A stretch of DNA of 64,000 nt from Cyanobacteriota bacterium. GTDB lineage: Bacteria > Cyanobacteriota > Cyanobacteriia > Cyanobacteriales > Nostocaceae. A program made the translations under genes and the position numbers. Below the pieces are notes generated by a model. That model was not told the DNA's origin. It saw only the letters and a list, made by a program, of their open reading frames with translations, and ran no database searches. Below are positions 1-10,269 of this stretch, in pieces. The stretch lies in the NCBI GenBank assembly GCA_046045965.1, contig JBJOKS010000007.1, forward strand, positions 112,307-176,306, in the 5' to 3' direction. The stretch's first letter is position 1. Every line of letters starts with the position of its first letter.

Positions 1-3000
1 TCCTGCGATTTACTCACAGGTTTACCAAATCGGCTATTATTTGACGAACTGCTGGCCTTGTCCTTAGTGAATATTCACCAACGGGGCGGGATGTTGGCAG
101 TGTTATGTTTAGATTTGGATCGATTCAAAAGAATTAATGATAGCTTAGGTCATGCCGTGGGCGATCGCCTCTTACAAACCGTAGCCGAACGCATCAAAAG
201 CTGTCTGCGGCCAGGAGATACAGTAGCCCGTTGGGGAGATGACGAATTTACCTTACTACTACCACAAATTAGCTGTGCAGAAGACGCTACCCAAATCGCC
301 CAAAAACTGTTAGATGTTATTGCCCAACCCTTGCAGATAGACAAACAAGAACTGCATATCACTGCTAGTATTGGCATTGCCCTAGCACCCTATGACGGCG
401 AAGAAGCCGAAACTCTCCTCAAACACGCAGATACTACCCTCAACCGCGCCAAACAACAGGGAAAAAATAATTACCTCTTGTATACAGCTACCATGAATGC
501 CACCTCCTTCGAGCGATTGGTATTGGGAAATAACCTTTACAAAGCCCTGGGCAGACAAGAATTACTTCTGCACTACCAACCACAAATAGACCTGAAAACC
601 GGTCAAATTACAGGCATGGAAGCCTTACTGCGCTGGCATCATCCAGACATGGGGCTAGTTTCCCCCGCCCAATTTATCCCCCTAGCCGAAGAAACCGGAT
701 TAATCTGTGATATTGGTGAATGGGTATTACGCACCGCTTGTAAACAAAACCGCCTCTGGCAACTAGCCGGACTCCCACCGCTGCGGGTAGCTGTGAATCT
801 TTCTGCGCGTCAGTTCCAACAACCCAACTTAGTCAAAACCATTACCAAAATTTTACAGGAAACAGAACTAGAACCCCAATATCTAGAACTGGAAATTACA
901 GAAACTTTGTTAATGCAAGACGTAGACTTTACCGTTGCGGCTTTACGGGAACTCCAGGCTTTGGGAATTCACATTTCTATGGATGACTTTGGCACGGGTT
1001 ATTCCTCCCTGAGCTTGTTAATGTATTTTCCGCTGAGTAGTTTGAAAATAGATCAGTCTTTCATCCGCAACTTAAGCAAAAGTTCCAGCAACGCCGCCAT
1101 TATTACCTCTGTAATTTCCTTGGGACACGGACTGAATTTAACCTTGGTGGCTGAAGGAGTAGAAACTTTAGAAGAATTAGAATTTCTGCGTCTGGCTAAC
1201 TGCGATACTGTCCAAGGTTATCTATTAAGTAAACCCCTAAGTGCGGAAGCTGCGACAAAATTCCTCTTAGAAAAATTCCCCCAAGATAGCAAACATCTCC
1301 TCAGTCCCAGCGTTGAATCTCCTCCAGTTAACCCCCTCCCCGCCAATGAACCGCAACGGTTAGCCGCACTGCAAAAATATCAAATTCTGGATACAGCTGA
1401 AGATGCCACCTTTGATGCTCTCACTCGGTTGTCAGCGCGGTTGTGTCAAACTCCTATTGCTTTTATCAGTTTGATAGATGAAAAAAGACAATGGTTTAAG
1501 TCCAAATTGGGTTTAACTATTACAGAAACTCCCAGGGAAATCGCTTTTTGCGCCCACACCATCTGTCAAAATGAGTTGTTAATAGTTGCCGATGCTTTAG
1601 CTGATCCGCGATTTGCAACTAATCCCCTAGTAACATCTCATCCCAAATTGCGTTTTTATGCCGGTGCGCCCTTGGTGACAAATGATGGTTGGGTTTTGGG
1701 TACTCTCTGTGTGGCAGATTATATACCCAGGGAATTAAACCCGGAACAGCAAGAAACACTGAAAATTCTCGCGGGTCAGGTGATGACTAAGTTGGAATTA
1801 CGCCGTCACCAAATTGAAAAACGCCATTTAAAAAAGCAGTTACATCACGTTCATGAATTGAAAGGGCGGCAGCAAGAACTAGCAAACACAATCACTGTAT
1901 ATCAACATAAAGAACAGGAATTGGTTGAGCGTGTCAACTTAGCCCAGTTAGCTTCTCATATTGCTGGTATTCTCGGTCAACATCAAAAGTTATCTGTGTT
2001 GCTGCAAAAGTGTACAGCCATCCTGACGCAACATTTGGATATTGCTTATGCAGGAATCTGGTTACAAAATCCAGTCAGCAAGAAAATGGATTTAGCCGCT
2101 AGTGCGGGATCATCTGTATATTTTTATGCGGCTAATTCCTCCGATCATCTTCCTATCAGTGAGTTTAAGGTCAGTTGGATTGCCCAAAATTCTCAGTTAT
2201 TCCAAACTAATCAAATCCTGAATGAAGCAGATTTGAACGATAGAGAATGGGTGCAACGAGAACAGTTACAGGCTTTTGCTGGCTATCCTTTAGTCCTGGA
2301 TCATTCTGTAGTCGGGGTGATGACAGTATTTAGCCGTCAACCGCTATCCCAGGGGGCTATAGCTCAATTTGTTGCTATTGCTGATGATGTTGCCCGTTGT
2401 GTAGAACACAAACAAACAGAGGAGTTAGTGAAACTGCAAACTCAACGGGAAAGATTAGTTGCCAGTATTACCCAACGCATTCTTCAGTCTTTGGATCTCG
2501 ACGAGATTATGAAGACGACGGTGAAGGAAGTCAGGCAATTTCTGCACACTGACCGGGTAATTATTTACCGCTTTAAGCCAGACTGGACTGGTGTGGTAGC
2601 AATGGAATCTGTGGGTAATGGCTTTAAGCCAATTCTTCGTAGTTTGATTGATGAACCATGTTTTAGAAATGTTTATGTGCCTCAGTATCGCCAAGGTAGA
2701 GTGAGAGCGATTGATGATATTTATACTGCGGGTATAGGTCAGTGTCACTTAGATTTATTGGCTGAGTTTCAGGTCAGAGCTAATTTGGTAGTACCGATCA
2801 TTCAAGGTGAAGAGTTATGGGGTTTGTTAATTGCCCATCATTGTAGTTGTCCGCGTCATTGGCGACAATTGGAAGTTAGCTTGTTGAGTCAGTTGGCTAC
2901 GCAAGTGGCGATCGCAATTAAACAATCTGAATTATATCAACAGGTGCAACGTCAGGCTACAGTCGATGGCTTAACCCAAATTCCCAACCGTCGCCGCTTT

Positions 3001-3456
3001 GATGAATACTTCCAGCAAGTTTGGCAACAGATGGAGGCTATACAAGCACCTCTATCAATCATTCTCTGCGATATCGACTTTTTCAAATTTTACAATGATA
3101 CCTATGGACATCCGGCTGGGGATGATTGTTTGCGACAAGTAGCCGCTGCTATTAACAAAGCCGGAAATCGTCCAGGTGATTTAGTGGCTCGTTATGGCGG
3201 TGAGGAGTTTGTCATTGTGCTGCCAAATACATCTGCATTAGGGGCTGTACAAGTAGCAGAACGCATTCGCGCTGAGGTGAAAGCTTTAGAAATTTCTCAC
3301 GAAAAGTCTCTTGTGAGTCAGTATGTGACTCTCAGTTTAGGAGTTGCTAGTCTTATTCCTGCTGCTAATTCATCTCCTGCTGCTTTAATTGCATCTGCTG
3401 ATGATGCTCTTTATCAGGCTAAAGCTCAAGGACGTGATTGTTTACGGTTGGGTTGA
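1..3456 (+). CDS. Cph2-like multidomain c-di-GMP enzyme/photoreceptor: GGDEF(degenerate)-EAL-GAF-GAF-cyanobacteriochrome GAF-GGDEF; 5' end lies outside the window
   Basis: Frame is open from base 1 (SCDLLTGLPNR). Motifs: RWGDDEF, MEALLRW, DDFGTGYSSL, GAF (REIAFCAHTI), CBCR GAF (DEPCF...CHLDLL...VRANLVVPI), final ARYGGEEF. Confidence 0.9.
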   Translation, partial: SCDLLTGLPNRLLFDELLALSLVNIHQRGGMLAVLCLDLDRFKRINDSLGHAVGDRLLQTVAERIKSCLRPGDTVARWGDDEFTLLLPQISCAEDATQIAQKLLDVIAQPLQIDKQELHITASIGIALAPYDGEEAETLLKHADTTLNRAKQQGKNNYLLYTATMNATSFERLVLGNNLYKALGRQELLLHYQPQIDLKTGQITGMEALLRWHHPDMGLVSPAQFIPLAEETGLICDIGEWVLRTACKQNRLWQLAGLPPLRVAVNLSARQFQQPNLVKTITKILQETELEPQYLELEITETLLMQDVDFTVAALRELQALGIHISMDDFGTGYSSLSLLMYFPLSSLKIDQSFIRNLSKSSSNAAIITSVISLGHGLNLTLVAEGVETLEELEFLRLANCDTVQGYLLSKPLSAEAATKFLLEKFPQDSKHLLSPSVESPPVNPLPANEPQRLAALQKYQILDTAEDATFDALTRLSARLCQTPIAFISLIDEKRQWFKSKLGLTITETPREIAFCAHTICQNELLIVADALADPRFATNPLVTSHPKLRFYAGAPLVTNDGWVLGTLCVADYIPRELNPEQQETLKILAGQVMTKLELRRHQIEKRHLKKQLHHVHELKGRQQELANTITVYQHKEQELVERVNLAQLASHIAGILGQHQKLSVLLQKCTAILTQHLDIAYAGIWLQNPVSKKMDLAASAGSSVYFYAANSSDHLPISEFKVSWIAQNSQLFQTNQILNEADLNDREWVQREQLQAFAGYPLVLDHSVVGVMTVFSRQPLSQGAIAQFVAIADDVARCVEHKQTEELVKLQTQRERLVASITQRILQSLDLDEIMKTTVKEVRQFLHTDRVIIYRFKPDWTGVVAMESVGNGFKPILRSLIDEPCFRNVYVPQYRQGRVRAIDDIYTAGIGQCHLDLLAEFQVRANLVVPIIQGEELWGLLIAHHCSCPRHWRQLEVSLLSQLATQVAIAIKQSELYQQVQRQATVDGLTQIPNRRRFDEYFQQVWQQMEAIQAPLSIILCDIDFFKFYNDTYGHPAGDDCLRQVAAAINKAGNRPGDLVARYGGEEFVIVLPNTSALGAVQVAERIRAEVKALEISHEKSLVSQYVTLSLGVASLIPAANSSPAALIASADDALYQAKAQGRDCLRLG

Positions 3457-3615
3457 GGTGCAGGAGGCAGGGGAGCAGGGGAGCAGGGGAGCAGGGGACG
3501 CAGGGGAAGCAGGGGACGCAGGGGAAGCAGGGGACGCAGGGGAGGCAGGGGGAGGTTAATAACCCAATGACCAATGACCAATTACCAATGACCAATTACC
3601 AATTATCAATTACCA
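3457..3615. repeat. G-rich 9-mer tandem repeats followed by STRR2-like heptamers (CCAATGA/CCAATTA)
   Basis: ggggagcag/ggggaagca/ggggacgca arrays, then ccaatgaccaatgaccaattacc, between convergent genes. Confidence 0.85.
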
Positions 3616-4410
3616 TTAATTACCTGTGAGTTTAACTAAACCAATACCACCAAAATAAAGCCCTAAAACTGCTCCCGCTAACAGACTTTGAGTTAAAGGG
3701 TCAGTAGAAGGAGTGAGAACTGCTCCCAAAACCACTGCAAACATAATTACAAACCGCCAACCAGCCAGCATTTGTGCTGAAGAAACAATACCTAAACTAC
3801 TTAACAATAATTGAATCACTGGAACTTGAAATGCTAACCCAGTGCTAAATAACAACAACAACACAAATTCAAAATATTTTTCAATTGACCACAGTTGTTC
3901 TACCACATCTGCACCGTAGCTGATGAAGAATTGCAACGCTGCGGGAATCAGGAGAAAATAAGCAAATACTAACCCACCCAAAAACAGCACGCTCGAACCC
4001 AAAACCACAGGACCCAACAAACGACGTTCACGACGAGTCAAACCGGGAAGTACAAACTGAGCAATTTGGTAAAGAATAAAAGGACTGGAAAGCACTAAAC
4101 CACTGTAACCAGCTACTTTGAAAGAGACAAAGAAATATTCTCCCGGTGCTAGTTGCAGGAATTTTATACCATGCGCGGGGATTTCCAGTAACTGCACAAG
4201 AGGTTTAACGACAATAAAACAACCGATCACACCCACCGCTACAGCAATTAAAGAATAAAAAATCCGCCATCGCAATTCTTCCAGGTGGTCAGATAAGGAC
4301 ATTTCTACCTCATCTGGTAACTCATCAAGGTTATCAACTGCTGAGTTACCGTATCCTTCCCTTTCAATATCGGGAGAATTGATAGTCTCTATGTCTGGTA
4401 AAGGTGTCAT
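3616..4410 (-). CDS. tatC: Twin-arginine translocase subunit TatC
   Basis: [36 protein letters not shown] motifs; about six TM helices. Confidence 0.95.
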   Translation of the reverse strand: MTPLPDIETINSPDIEREGYGNSAVDNLDELPDEVEMSLSDHLEELRWRIFYSLIAVAVGVIGCFIVVKPLVQLLEIPAHGIKFLQLAPGEYFFVSFKVAGYSGLVLSSPFILYQIAQFVLPGLTRRERRLLGPVVLGSSVLFLGGLVFAYFLLIPAALQFFISYGADVVEQLWSIEKYFEFVLLLLFSTGLAFQVPVIQLLLSSLGIVSSAQMLAGWRFVIMFAVVLGAVLTPSTDPLTQSLLAGAVLGLYFGGIGLVKLTGN

Positions 4411-4497
4411 GAGTCAATTTTTAGGCAACATTCCTTAACTATTTTATCTGCCAGCGGACTAGCAATAGAGCTTTTTTTGGCTTTGGGGGATTTTTCC

Positions 4498-4665
4498 TTA
4501 CTGTCGTGTCAGGTAATTAGCTGCCTCTTCTAAGGTTTGAATTAAATTTTCTAGCGTATAAATAGATTTATCTTGGTCAGAATTACTGACTTCAGTAGAA
4601 ACTTGTGTTGAGTTCTGGGCTAAACTCTGGCTAATAGTTTGCATTGTCTTTTTACCCTTAGTCAT
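4498..4665 (-). CDS. Small hypothetical protein (55 aa, MTKGKKTMQTISQSLAQ...LIQTLEEAANYLTRQ)
   Basis: Manually translated ATG-to-TAA ORF below the ORF-track cutoff, co-oriented with slt and tatC. Confidence 0.45.
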   Translation of the reverse strand: MTKGKKTMQTISQSLAQNSTQVSTEVSNSDQDKSIYTLENLIQTLEEAANYLTRQ

Positions 4666-4795
4666 TAATATAGGAACTGGTCGAACACTATGGAATTACT
4701 ATAAATGATATACGGATAAAAATACGGAGATTCTCTGATGTTTCATGTAATTTTTAACAGATAACCCCGTGTCTTCACTGTTGCTTTAAAATTAT

Positions 4796-4916
4796 GGTAA
4801 TGGGTAATGGGTAATGGGTAATGGGTAATGGGTAATTTTTATTAACCTCCCCCTGCTTCCCCTGCTCCCCCTGCTTCCCCTGCTTCCCCTGCTTTCTTAA
4901 GAGTCCCCAGTCCCCA
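4796..4916. repeat. Short tandem repeats (GGTAATG)n, (CCCCTGCTT)n and CCCCAGT
   Basis: Arrays visible directly after the slt stop codon. Confidence 0.85.
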
Positions 4917-7106
4917 TCACTGCTGCGGTAATTTGGGCTGTTCGGCTGAGTATTGAGCGACTAAGGCAGAAATAGACGGGTTATATAACCGCAGATAATT
5001 CCAGTAGTTACCAAATACTTGACGGACATAATTTTTGGTTTCACCGAAAGGAATTTCTTCTACAAACTCATCTGGGTCTTGTTTAGGTATGGTTCGCAGC
5101 CATTTGGCAACGTTACCAGGACCTGCATTGTAACTAGCGATCGCTAACATGGAATTATTGCCATATTGCTGATGGGTATGATCCAAATACCACGTACCCA
5201 GCATGATGCTATCATTAGGGTTTTCCAAATTAATGGTTTTTATATCTACATTGATTTGTGGTGCTATCCATGCTGCTGTACTGGGCATTACCTGCATTAA
5301 ACCAGTCGCACCGACTATAGATTTAATCTTTGGTTGAAACATTGACTCTTGCCGCATCAAAGCCGTAACTAGCAGGGGATTAAGTTGGCGTGTAGTAGAC
5401 CATTTTTGGATCTCTTGGAAATAAGGAAACGGATAACGCGCTTGCCAATAGGTGATCTGTTGACTTAAAGCGGCAAATTCTGCTTGTTCTTCTGGTGTTT
5501 CCCGATCTTCCAATTTAGATATCTTGGCAATACCAATCAGATTTTCACCCTTTGCTAACCGCATCAACCCTTCCGTAAATTGTTCAGCTACGCTAGGCTG
5601 ACTGTTATTTTTAAATCCTGTTTCCCACTCATACCAAGCATCTCGATCTTGTCCCAGCAAATACAATTCTTTAAAAGCATCAGAACCCGCTGGAGGTACA
5701 GAACGTTGAGGGGGGATAATTTCTGGATTCATCAACCGTAGGTTATTAAAATCACCTACATTCAAACCCAAAATACTGGCAGAACGCCAAGCATAATAAG
5801 ACTGGGGAAATTGACTCAATACATACTTGTAGGCAGTCCGTGCTTCTTCCTGTTTTCCTAGTATAGCTGCCCATTTACCTACCCAAAACCCTGCTCTGGG
5901 AGCCAAAATACTGTTAGGATTTTCTGTAGCAATTGGTTGCGCCCATTGCCATGCACCTACGTAATCTCCGGCTTTAGCTTTACTCAGAGCGGTTGTCCAG
6001 CGATATTCTGCCGCTTCCCCAGAATTGCTATACTTACCTAACAGTAATTTCCTTGCTGCTGTAGCTGACTGACTATCTTGAAGGGTTTCTAATAGTTTGG
6101 CTTTTTGTACCAGTGCGGTAGGTGCTTGTTTAGGAAACTTATTAATTATTTGGTCAAGATAAGGTATTGCAGCTTTACCAGGAGTGATTTCTGCTAATCT
6201 TAGTAGGGCTGTTCCCGTTTCTTCGGCTGTGGGAAATTGCTGTATCTGTTGTTTATAGATCGCAACCGCCTGATCTCGCTTTTTATCTATTTGTAACCCT
6301 CTAGCGGTGCGGTAGAGATTTTGGGCTGTTTTCGGTGCTTTAGCATAAGCAGTAGCAGCTTTGGCAAATTGATTATTATCCCAATATGCTGAACCAATTA
6401 ATTCCCAGTCTGCGGGTGTGAGTTGAGGCTGTTTCACCAACTGATCTAAAATACCAATAATTCCAGGCTCATCAGCGGCATATTTTACCAAAGTTAATTG
6501 TAACTTGGGTTGATTGGGATTTTCTCTTAAACGTTTACGGATAATTTCCCAAGTGAGGGGATGGGAAGGAAATTGTGCGATCGCTTGCTCATGCAGTTTT
6601 GGCAACCCTATCAAGTATATAGCCTTAACTACCGCTGGGTCGTCAGCATAATCTTTCACCACTTTTTGCCGCAGATCGGAAGCCTTACCCTTTTCACCCA
6701 CAATATCTTGCGCCTGGGCTTGTTTGAGTAAAATATACGGTGCTAAAACCGGATAGTCTTTCTCTAACCCTTCTAGGAGACTCAGGGCTTTTTTCCCTTG
6801 ATCAGTTTCAATATAGTCACTGGCCAACAGATAACGCGCTCTGTGCCGATCTGGTGAAGCGCCTTTTTCCGCAATTTCCGCTAGTTTTGCTGCCCGTTCT
6901 GGTAAAGATTTTGATACCCAATTAAATACAATTGACTGGTATTTATTAGCTTCAGATAATTTTTCAGGCTGACTCTGACTCAAGTTCAACCATTTACTTA
7001 GGGTTTTTCCAGCTTGTGGGGCTGATACCATACCCCCAACTAAAAAGGCACATAGTCCAGCCCCAGCGATCAGATAAATTTGCTTGTTTTGTAGTTTCTT
7101 CAGCAT
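4917..7106 (-). CDS. Soluble lytic murein transglycosylase with TPR repeats
   Basis: MRQESMF, GATGLMQVMP, ASYNAGPG, ETKNYV SLT motifs; N-terminal hydrophobic anchor. Confidence 0.93.
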   Translation of the reverse strand: MLKKLQNKQIYLIAGAGLCAFLVGGMVSAPQAGKTLSKWLNLSQSQPEKLSEANKYQSIVFNWVSKSLPERAAKLAEIAEKGASPDRHRARYLLASDYIETDQGKKALSLLEGLEKDYPVLAPYILLKQAQAQDIVGEKGKASDLRQKVVKDYADDPAVVKAIYLIGLPKLHEQAIAQFPSHPLTWEIIRKRLRENPNQPKLQLTLVKYAADEPGIIGILDQLVKQPQLTPADWELIGSAYWDNNQFAKAATAYAKAPKTAQNLYRTARGLQIDKKRDQAVAIYKQQIQQFPTAEETGTALLRLAEITPGKAAIPYLDQIINKFPKQAPTALVQKAKLLETLQDSQSATAARKLLLGKYSNSGEAAEYRWTTALSKAKAGDYVGAWQWAQPIATENPNSILAPRAGFWVGKWAAILGKQEEARTAYKYVLSQFPQSYYAWRSASILGLNVGDFNNLRLMNPEIIPPQRSVPPAGSDAFKELYLLGQDRDAWYEWETGFKNNSQPSVAEQFTEGLMRLAKGENLIGIAKISKLEDRETPEEQAEFAALSQQITYWQARYPFPYFQEIQKWSTTRQLNPLLVTALMRQESMFQPKIKSIVGATGLMQVMPSTAAWIAPQINVDIKTINLENPNDSIMLGTWYLDHTHQQYGNNSMLAIASYNAGPGNVAKWLRTIPKQDPDEFVEEIPFGETKNYVRQVFGNYWNYLRLYNPSISALVAQYSAEQPKLPQQ

Positions 7107-7197
7107 GGATACCCGCTTTTAGCCTAGCGTCTGGAAAATAAAGATTCCGATCAGTTTCTTGCCACTTTAACACTACTGGCGGGAAATGTTATCACTT

Positions 7198-7677
7198 TTA
7201 AGTTGCATCAGGGAGCTTTCTTGAGAGGTTTTTTTGGTGCTGTGGCGGATAAAAAAGAATATCGCGGTTCAAAACTTGCAAATGTCTGAACAATACCCCT
7301 ATGGGATTGATACCTTGAGCGATTAACCAAATTGACCAAGCAATCAGTTTTAGTGTATTGAAAAATGATGTGCGTGTCAACCATTCATGAAAAGCAACAC
7401 GAGCCTCATCTAAAAGAGGATCATATTCTTTTATGATATATTTATCATGGAACATTGGTGAATTAATACCGTGAATTCCACTTACCTGATGTTTTCCCAT
7501 TTTAATTCTTGGTAAACAGGAAACTTCCAGGTGATATAGGTCATGATAACATAGCCAATCATCGTGTATTTGGATAAAATTGTCTCCTATTTTTACACGG
7601 TCTTTACTAATACAACCAAGCATTTTTTTGATTGATAAATCAATCCAAATTTCTGAAGGAGGAAGAATTTTGTCCAT
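7198..7677 (-). CDS. Hypothetical protein
   Basis: 159-aa ORF with no recognised motif. Confidence 0.6.
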   Translation of the reverse strand: MDKILPPSEIWIDLSIKKMLGCISKDRVKIGDNFIQIHDDWLCYHDLYHLEVSCLPRIKMGKHQVSGIHGINSPMFHDKYIIKEYDPLLDEARVAFHEWLTRTSFFNTLKLIAWSIWLIAQGINPIGVLFRHLQVLNRDILFYPPQHQKNLSRKLPDAT

Positions 7678-7880
7678 AGGGTGATGACAAATTATGTGAA
7701 TTTGGTTAGTAAGCAGGTGTTTCGGGTTGTTAAGCTATACATGAAGGGTTAAGTTAACAGCAACAAGTGTGGGTTAAACAATAAAATTAATTCCCAATTT
7801 AGATGCTGTCAAGTCTATATACAACATCAAATAAAATGGATGTTAAATGTCAATAGCAATAATCAAAAATCCGATGACGA

Positions 7881-8465
7881 CTATTTTGCTAATAACTTAA
7901 AAGAGTCGCAAAAACCACTGATACTTTTAGTTAAATATTTTTGCTTCTGTATGGTAGTTTCTGCACTAACTTGATACAACCTTCTTCCCACCAAAAATAT
8001 TCTCTGTTTGATAATTTTGTCACCTGGTTTAGTATAGTTAACTTCTTTGCCTAAATAATCACCTAAACTAATTTTTTCTTCACTTATTAAAGTGCCTTTT
8101 GCATTCTGTAAAGCTGTTTTTTTACCCGCGTCTATAGCCTGTTCTACCATATTATTACGTTTTAATATATCAATATATTCTTCTGGATAATCAATATAAG
8201 CAACTGTGTATTTCACCTCTTCTTGTTGGCGTTCGACTGTAAATATATGGACTTCCACAGTTCCGTCTTTAGTATTAACTTTTTGTTTTGCTACTGTGGG
8301 TGTACCTGGCATTAAAATACTAAAGCCACCTTCTGGATCAGAAAATATTTTCCAGATAGACTGGGCTATTATTAGTGGCTGATTAGCTGATACAGTTTGG
8401 GTGATGGTGTATCCACTGCCTAAAAAAAAGATTGCCAGGGAGTAAGGGATAATTTGGAATTTCAT
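7881..8465 (-). CDS. Exported hypothetical protein
   Basis: Signal peptide-like N-terminus; W..F.DPEGGFSILMPG..P pattern seen in cyanobacterial exported proteins. Confidence 0.75.
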   Translation of the reverse strand: MKFQIIPYSLAIFFLGSGYTITQTVSANQPLIIAQSIWKIFSDPEGGFSILMPGTPTVAKQKVNTKDGTVEVHIFTVERQQEEVKYTVAYIDYPEEYIDILKRNNMVEQAIDAGKKTALQNAKGTLISEEKISLGDYLGKEVNYTKPGDKIIKQRIFLVGRRLYQVSAETTIQKQKYLTKSISGFCDSFKLLAK

Positions 8466-8538
8466 ATCTCAAATGAGAGTCAACACTTCTGGATGTTAAC
8501 ACCAGGTTGAGAAATTGGTAAATTTTAGTTAGCAAAAT

Positions 8539-9798
8539 TCATAGTTTCCCTAATTCGGGAGTTTTCCCTTTTAAACCAATCATCAATTTGAGTGTAAATA
8601 TTTTCAACATTGGCACTCTTTGCATCAACCATAAACCCAAACGGCGGATGATGACAACTGGTAAGATGTTATTAGAAAATACTCGATCTAATAAATCAGT
8701 GAAACCTAAAATTGCTAAATTTTCTTTTTTTCGCCACTGTTCATATTTTTTGAGAACTGCAATTTTACCAATATCTGCACCGGCTTGGTGTGCTGTTTGG
8801 ATAACTTCTGCTAAAGCTGCTGCGTCACGAATACCTAAATTTAAACCTTGTCCACCAACGGGATGACAGTTGTGTGCTGCATCACCAACTAAAGCTAAAC
8901 GGGGGAGAACATAGCGATCGCTCTGCATGAGTTGTACCTGAAAAATAAAGCGATCGCCTAATAATTCTAATTTACCCATCTGCTCACCATAACGTTTAGT
9001 TAATTCTGCCAAAAATTCCTCATCGCTTAAAGCACACAAAGCTTTTGCTTCTTCATGGGGTGCGGTCCAAACAATTCGGCAACGGTTCCCAGGTAAAGGT
9101 AAAATTGCAAAAGGTCCACTTGTCCAAAATTTCTCATAAGCTGTATAGTTATGAGATTTTTCTGGTCTGACAAAAGCCACTATACAAGATTGCCAATATT
9201 TCCAACCTTTAGTTTTAATACCCGCAGCTTGACGAATTGGTGAGCGTGAACCATCAGCAGCTACTAACAATTTACTGCGAATCGTCCGATTTTCACCATC
9301 AACTTGAATATTAACAGTAACTATATCTTGTTCATTCTGGGTATTTACCACTTCTGCTGGACACAGATAGGTGACATTTTTACAACTCTGCACAAATTCC
9401 TGTAAAGGTTCTAACAGTGCATAATGTTCCGCTACATAACCTAATTCTTGTGTGTCTAAATCAGAAGTTTGAAATTTTACCACATCGGGATAGTCAGCGT
9501 CAGATAAAAACACCTGTCTATATTTAGCGATATTAGGTAGTATTTTATCCCAAATGCCAATTCCTTGGAAAATGCGGGCTGACAGCATATGTACAGCATA
9601 AGCTTGGCCTTTAGCCACTGCTGCTGATGTCTCTCTAGCTTCAATTAGCAGTATACTTAAGCCAGAGTCTTTTAAAGCCGCAGCCAGAGTTAAACCAACA
9701 ATACCACCACCGACAATTACCAAATCATAATCATATCCCCGGTTGTCTGTGGCTATGGGTTGAGGGGTAAGGGTTTGAGTAAGCTGGGTGAGTGACAT
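8539..9798 (-). CDS. FAD-dependent hydroxylase, UbiH/COQ6 family
   Basis: GGGIVG, ADGSRS, GDAAH-CHPVGGQGLNLGIRD motifs; start taken at MSLTQL. Confidence 0.9.
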   Translation of the reverse strand: MSLTQLTQTLTPQPIATDNRGYDYDLVIVGGGIVGLTLAAALKDSGLSILLIEARETSAAVAKGQAYAVHMLSARIFQGIGIWDKILPNIAKYRQVFLSDADYPDVVKFQTSDLDTQELGYVAEHYALLEPLQEFVQSCKNVTYLCPAEVVNTQNEQDIVTVNIQVDGENRTIRSKLLVAADGSRSPIRQAAGIKTKGWKYWQSCIVAFVRPEKSHNYTAYEKFWTSGPFAILPLPGNRCRIVWTAPHEEAKALCALSDEEFLAELTKRYGEQMGKLELLGDRFIFQVQLMQSDRYVLPRLALVGDAAHNCHPVGGQGLNLGIRDAAALAEVIQTAHQAGADIGKIAVLKKYEQWRKKENLAILGFTDLLDRVFSNNILPVVIIRRLGLWLMQRVPMLKIFTLKLMIGLKGKTPELGKL

Positions 9799-10014
9799 TG
9801 TGAAGATAGATGATGGCGTTTTACTTATTATTTTTACGCAAGTCCTTTCATAGAGCAAGGTGAGGCGGAAAATTACTTTTTACAGACAGAAGTAAAAACT
9901 ATTGATACGCAATTTCCCCCTAACTAGTTGTATCAGGGATAAAATAAGATGAAGTGAGAAAAAATCAACTTTCTCTTTCAATACTTTTCGGTTAAGCCCA
10001 AAAAATATCATGAT

Positions 10015-10089
10015 GTAGGTTGGGTTGACGATAGGAAACCCAACATTTACAAGGGTTTGTTGGGTTTCACTTTGTTCAACCCAACCTAC
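10015..10089. repeat. Palindromic REP/MITE-like dispersed repeat
   Basis: gtaggttgggttga ... tcaacccaacctac outer arms with inner gaaacccaac/gttgggtttc arms. Confidence 0.75.
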
Positions 10090-10144
10090 GAAAACTCTTA
10101 ACCGAACAGTATTGCTTTCTCTTTTGTGATTCTTATTAAAAAAA

Positions 10145-10217
10145 CGAGCGCGGAGGGACTCGAACCCCCGACCCACAGGACCGGAACCTGTTGCTCTATC
10201 CACTGAGCCACGCGCCC
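10145..10217 (-). tRNA. trnR: tRNA-Arg(CCG)
   Basis: Reverse complement GGGCGCGTGGCTCAGTGGATAGAGC...ACAGG-TTCCGGT-CCTGT...GGTTCGAGTCC forms a cloverleaf with anticodon CCG. Confidence 0.95.
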
Positions 10218-10269
10218 TTACATATACAACTAAAAGTATAACATACTTTTTGAATTTAATCAGATTAAA

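Noticed and set aside
3438..3629. 63-aa ORF with QGKQGT repeats as a possible precursor peptide
   Set aside because: It is a translation of intergenic tandem repeats.
9880..10203. 107-aa ORF on the - strand
   Set aside because: It overlaps tRNA-Arg and a palindromic repeat, so it is a spurious translation.
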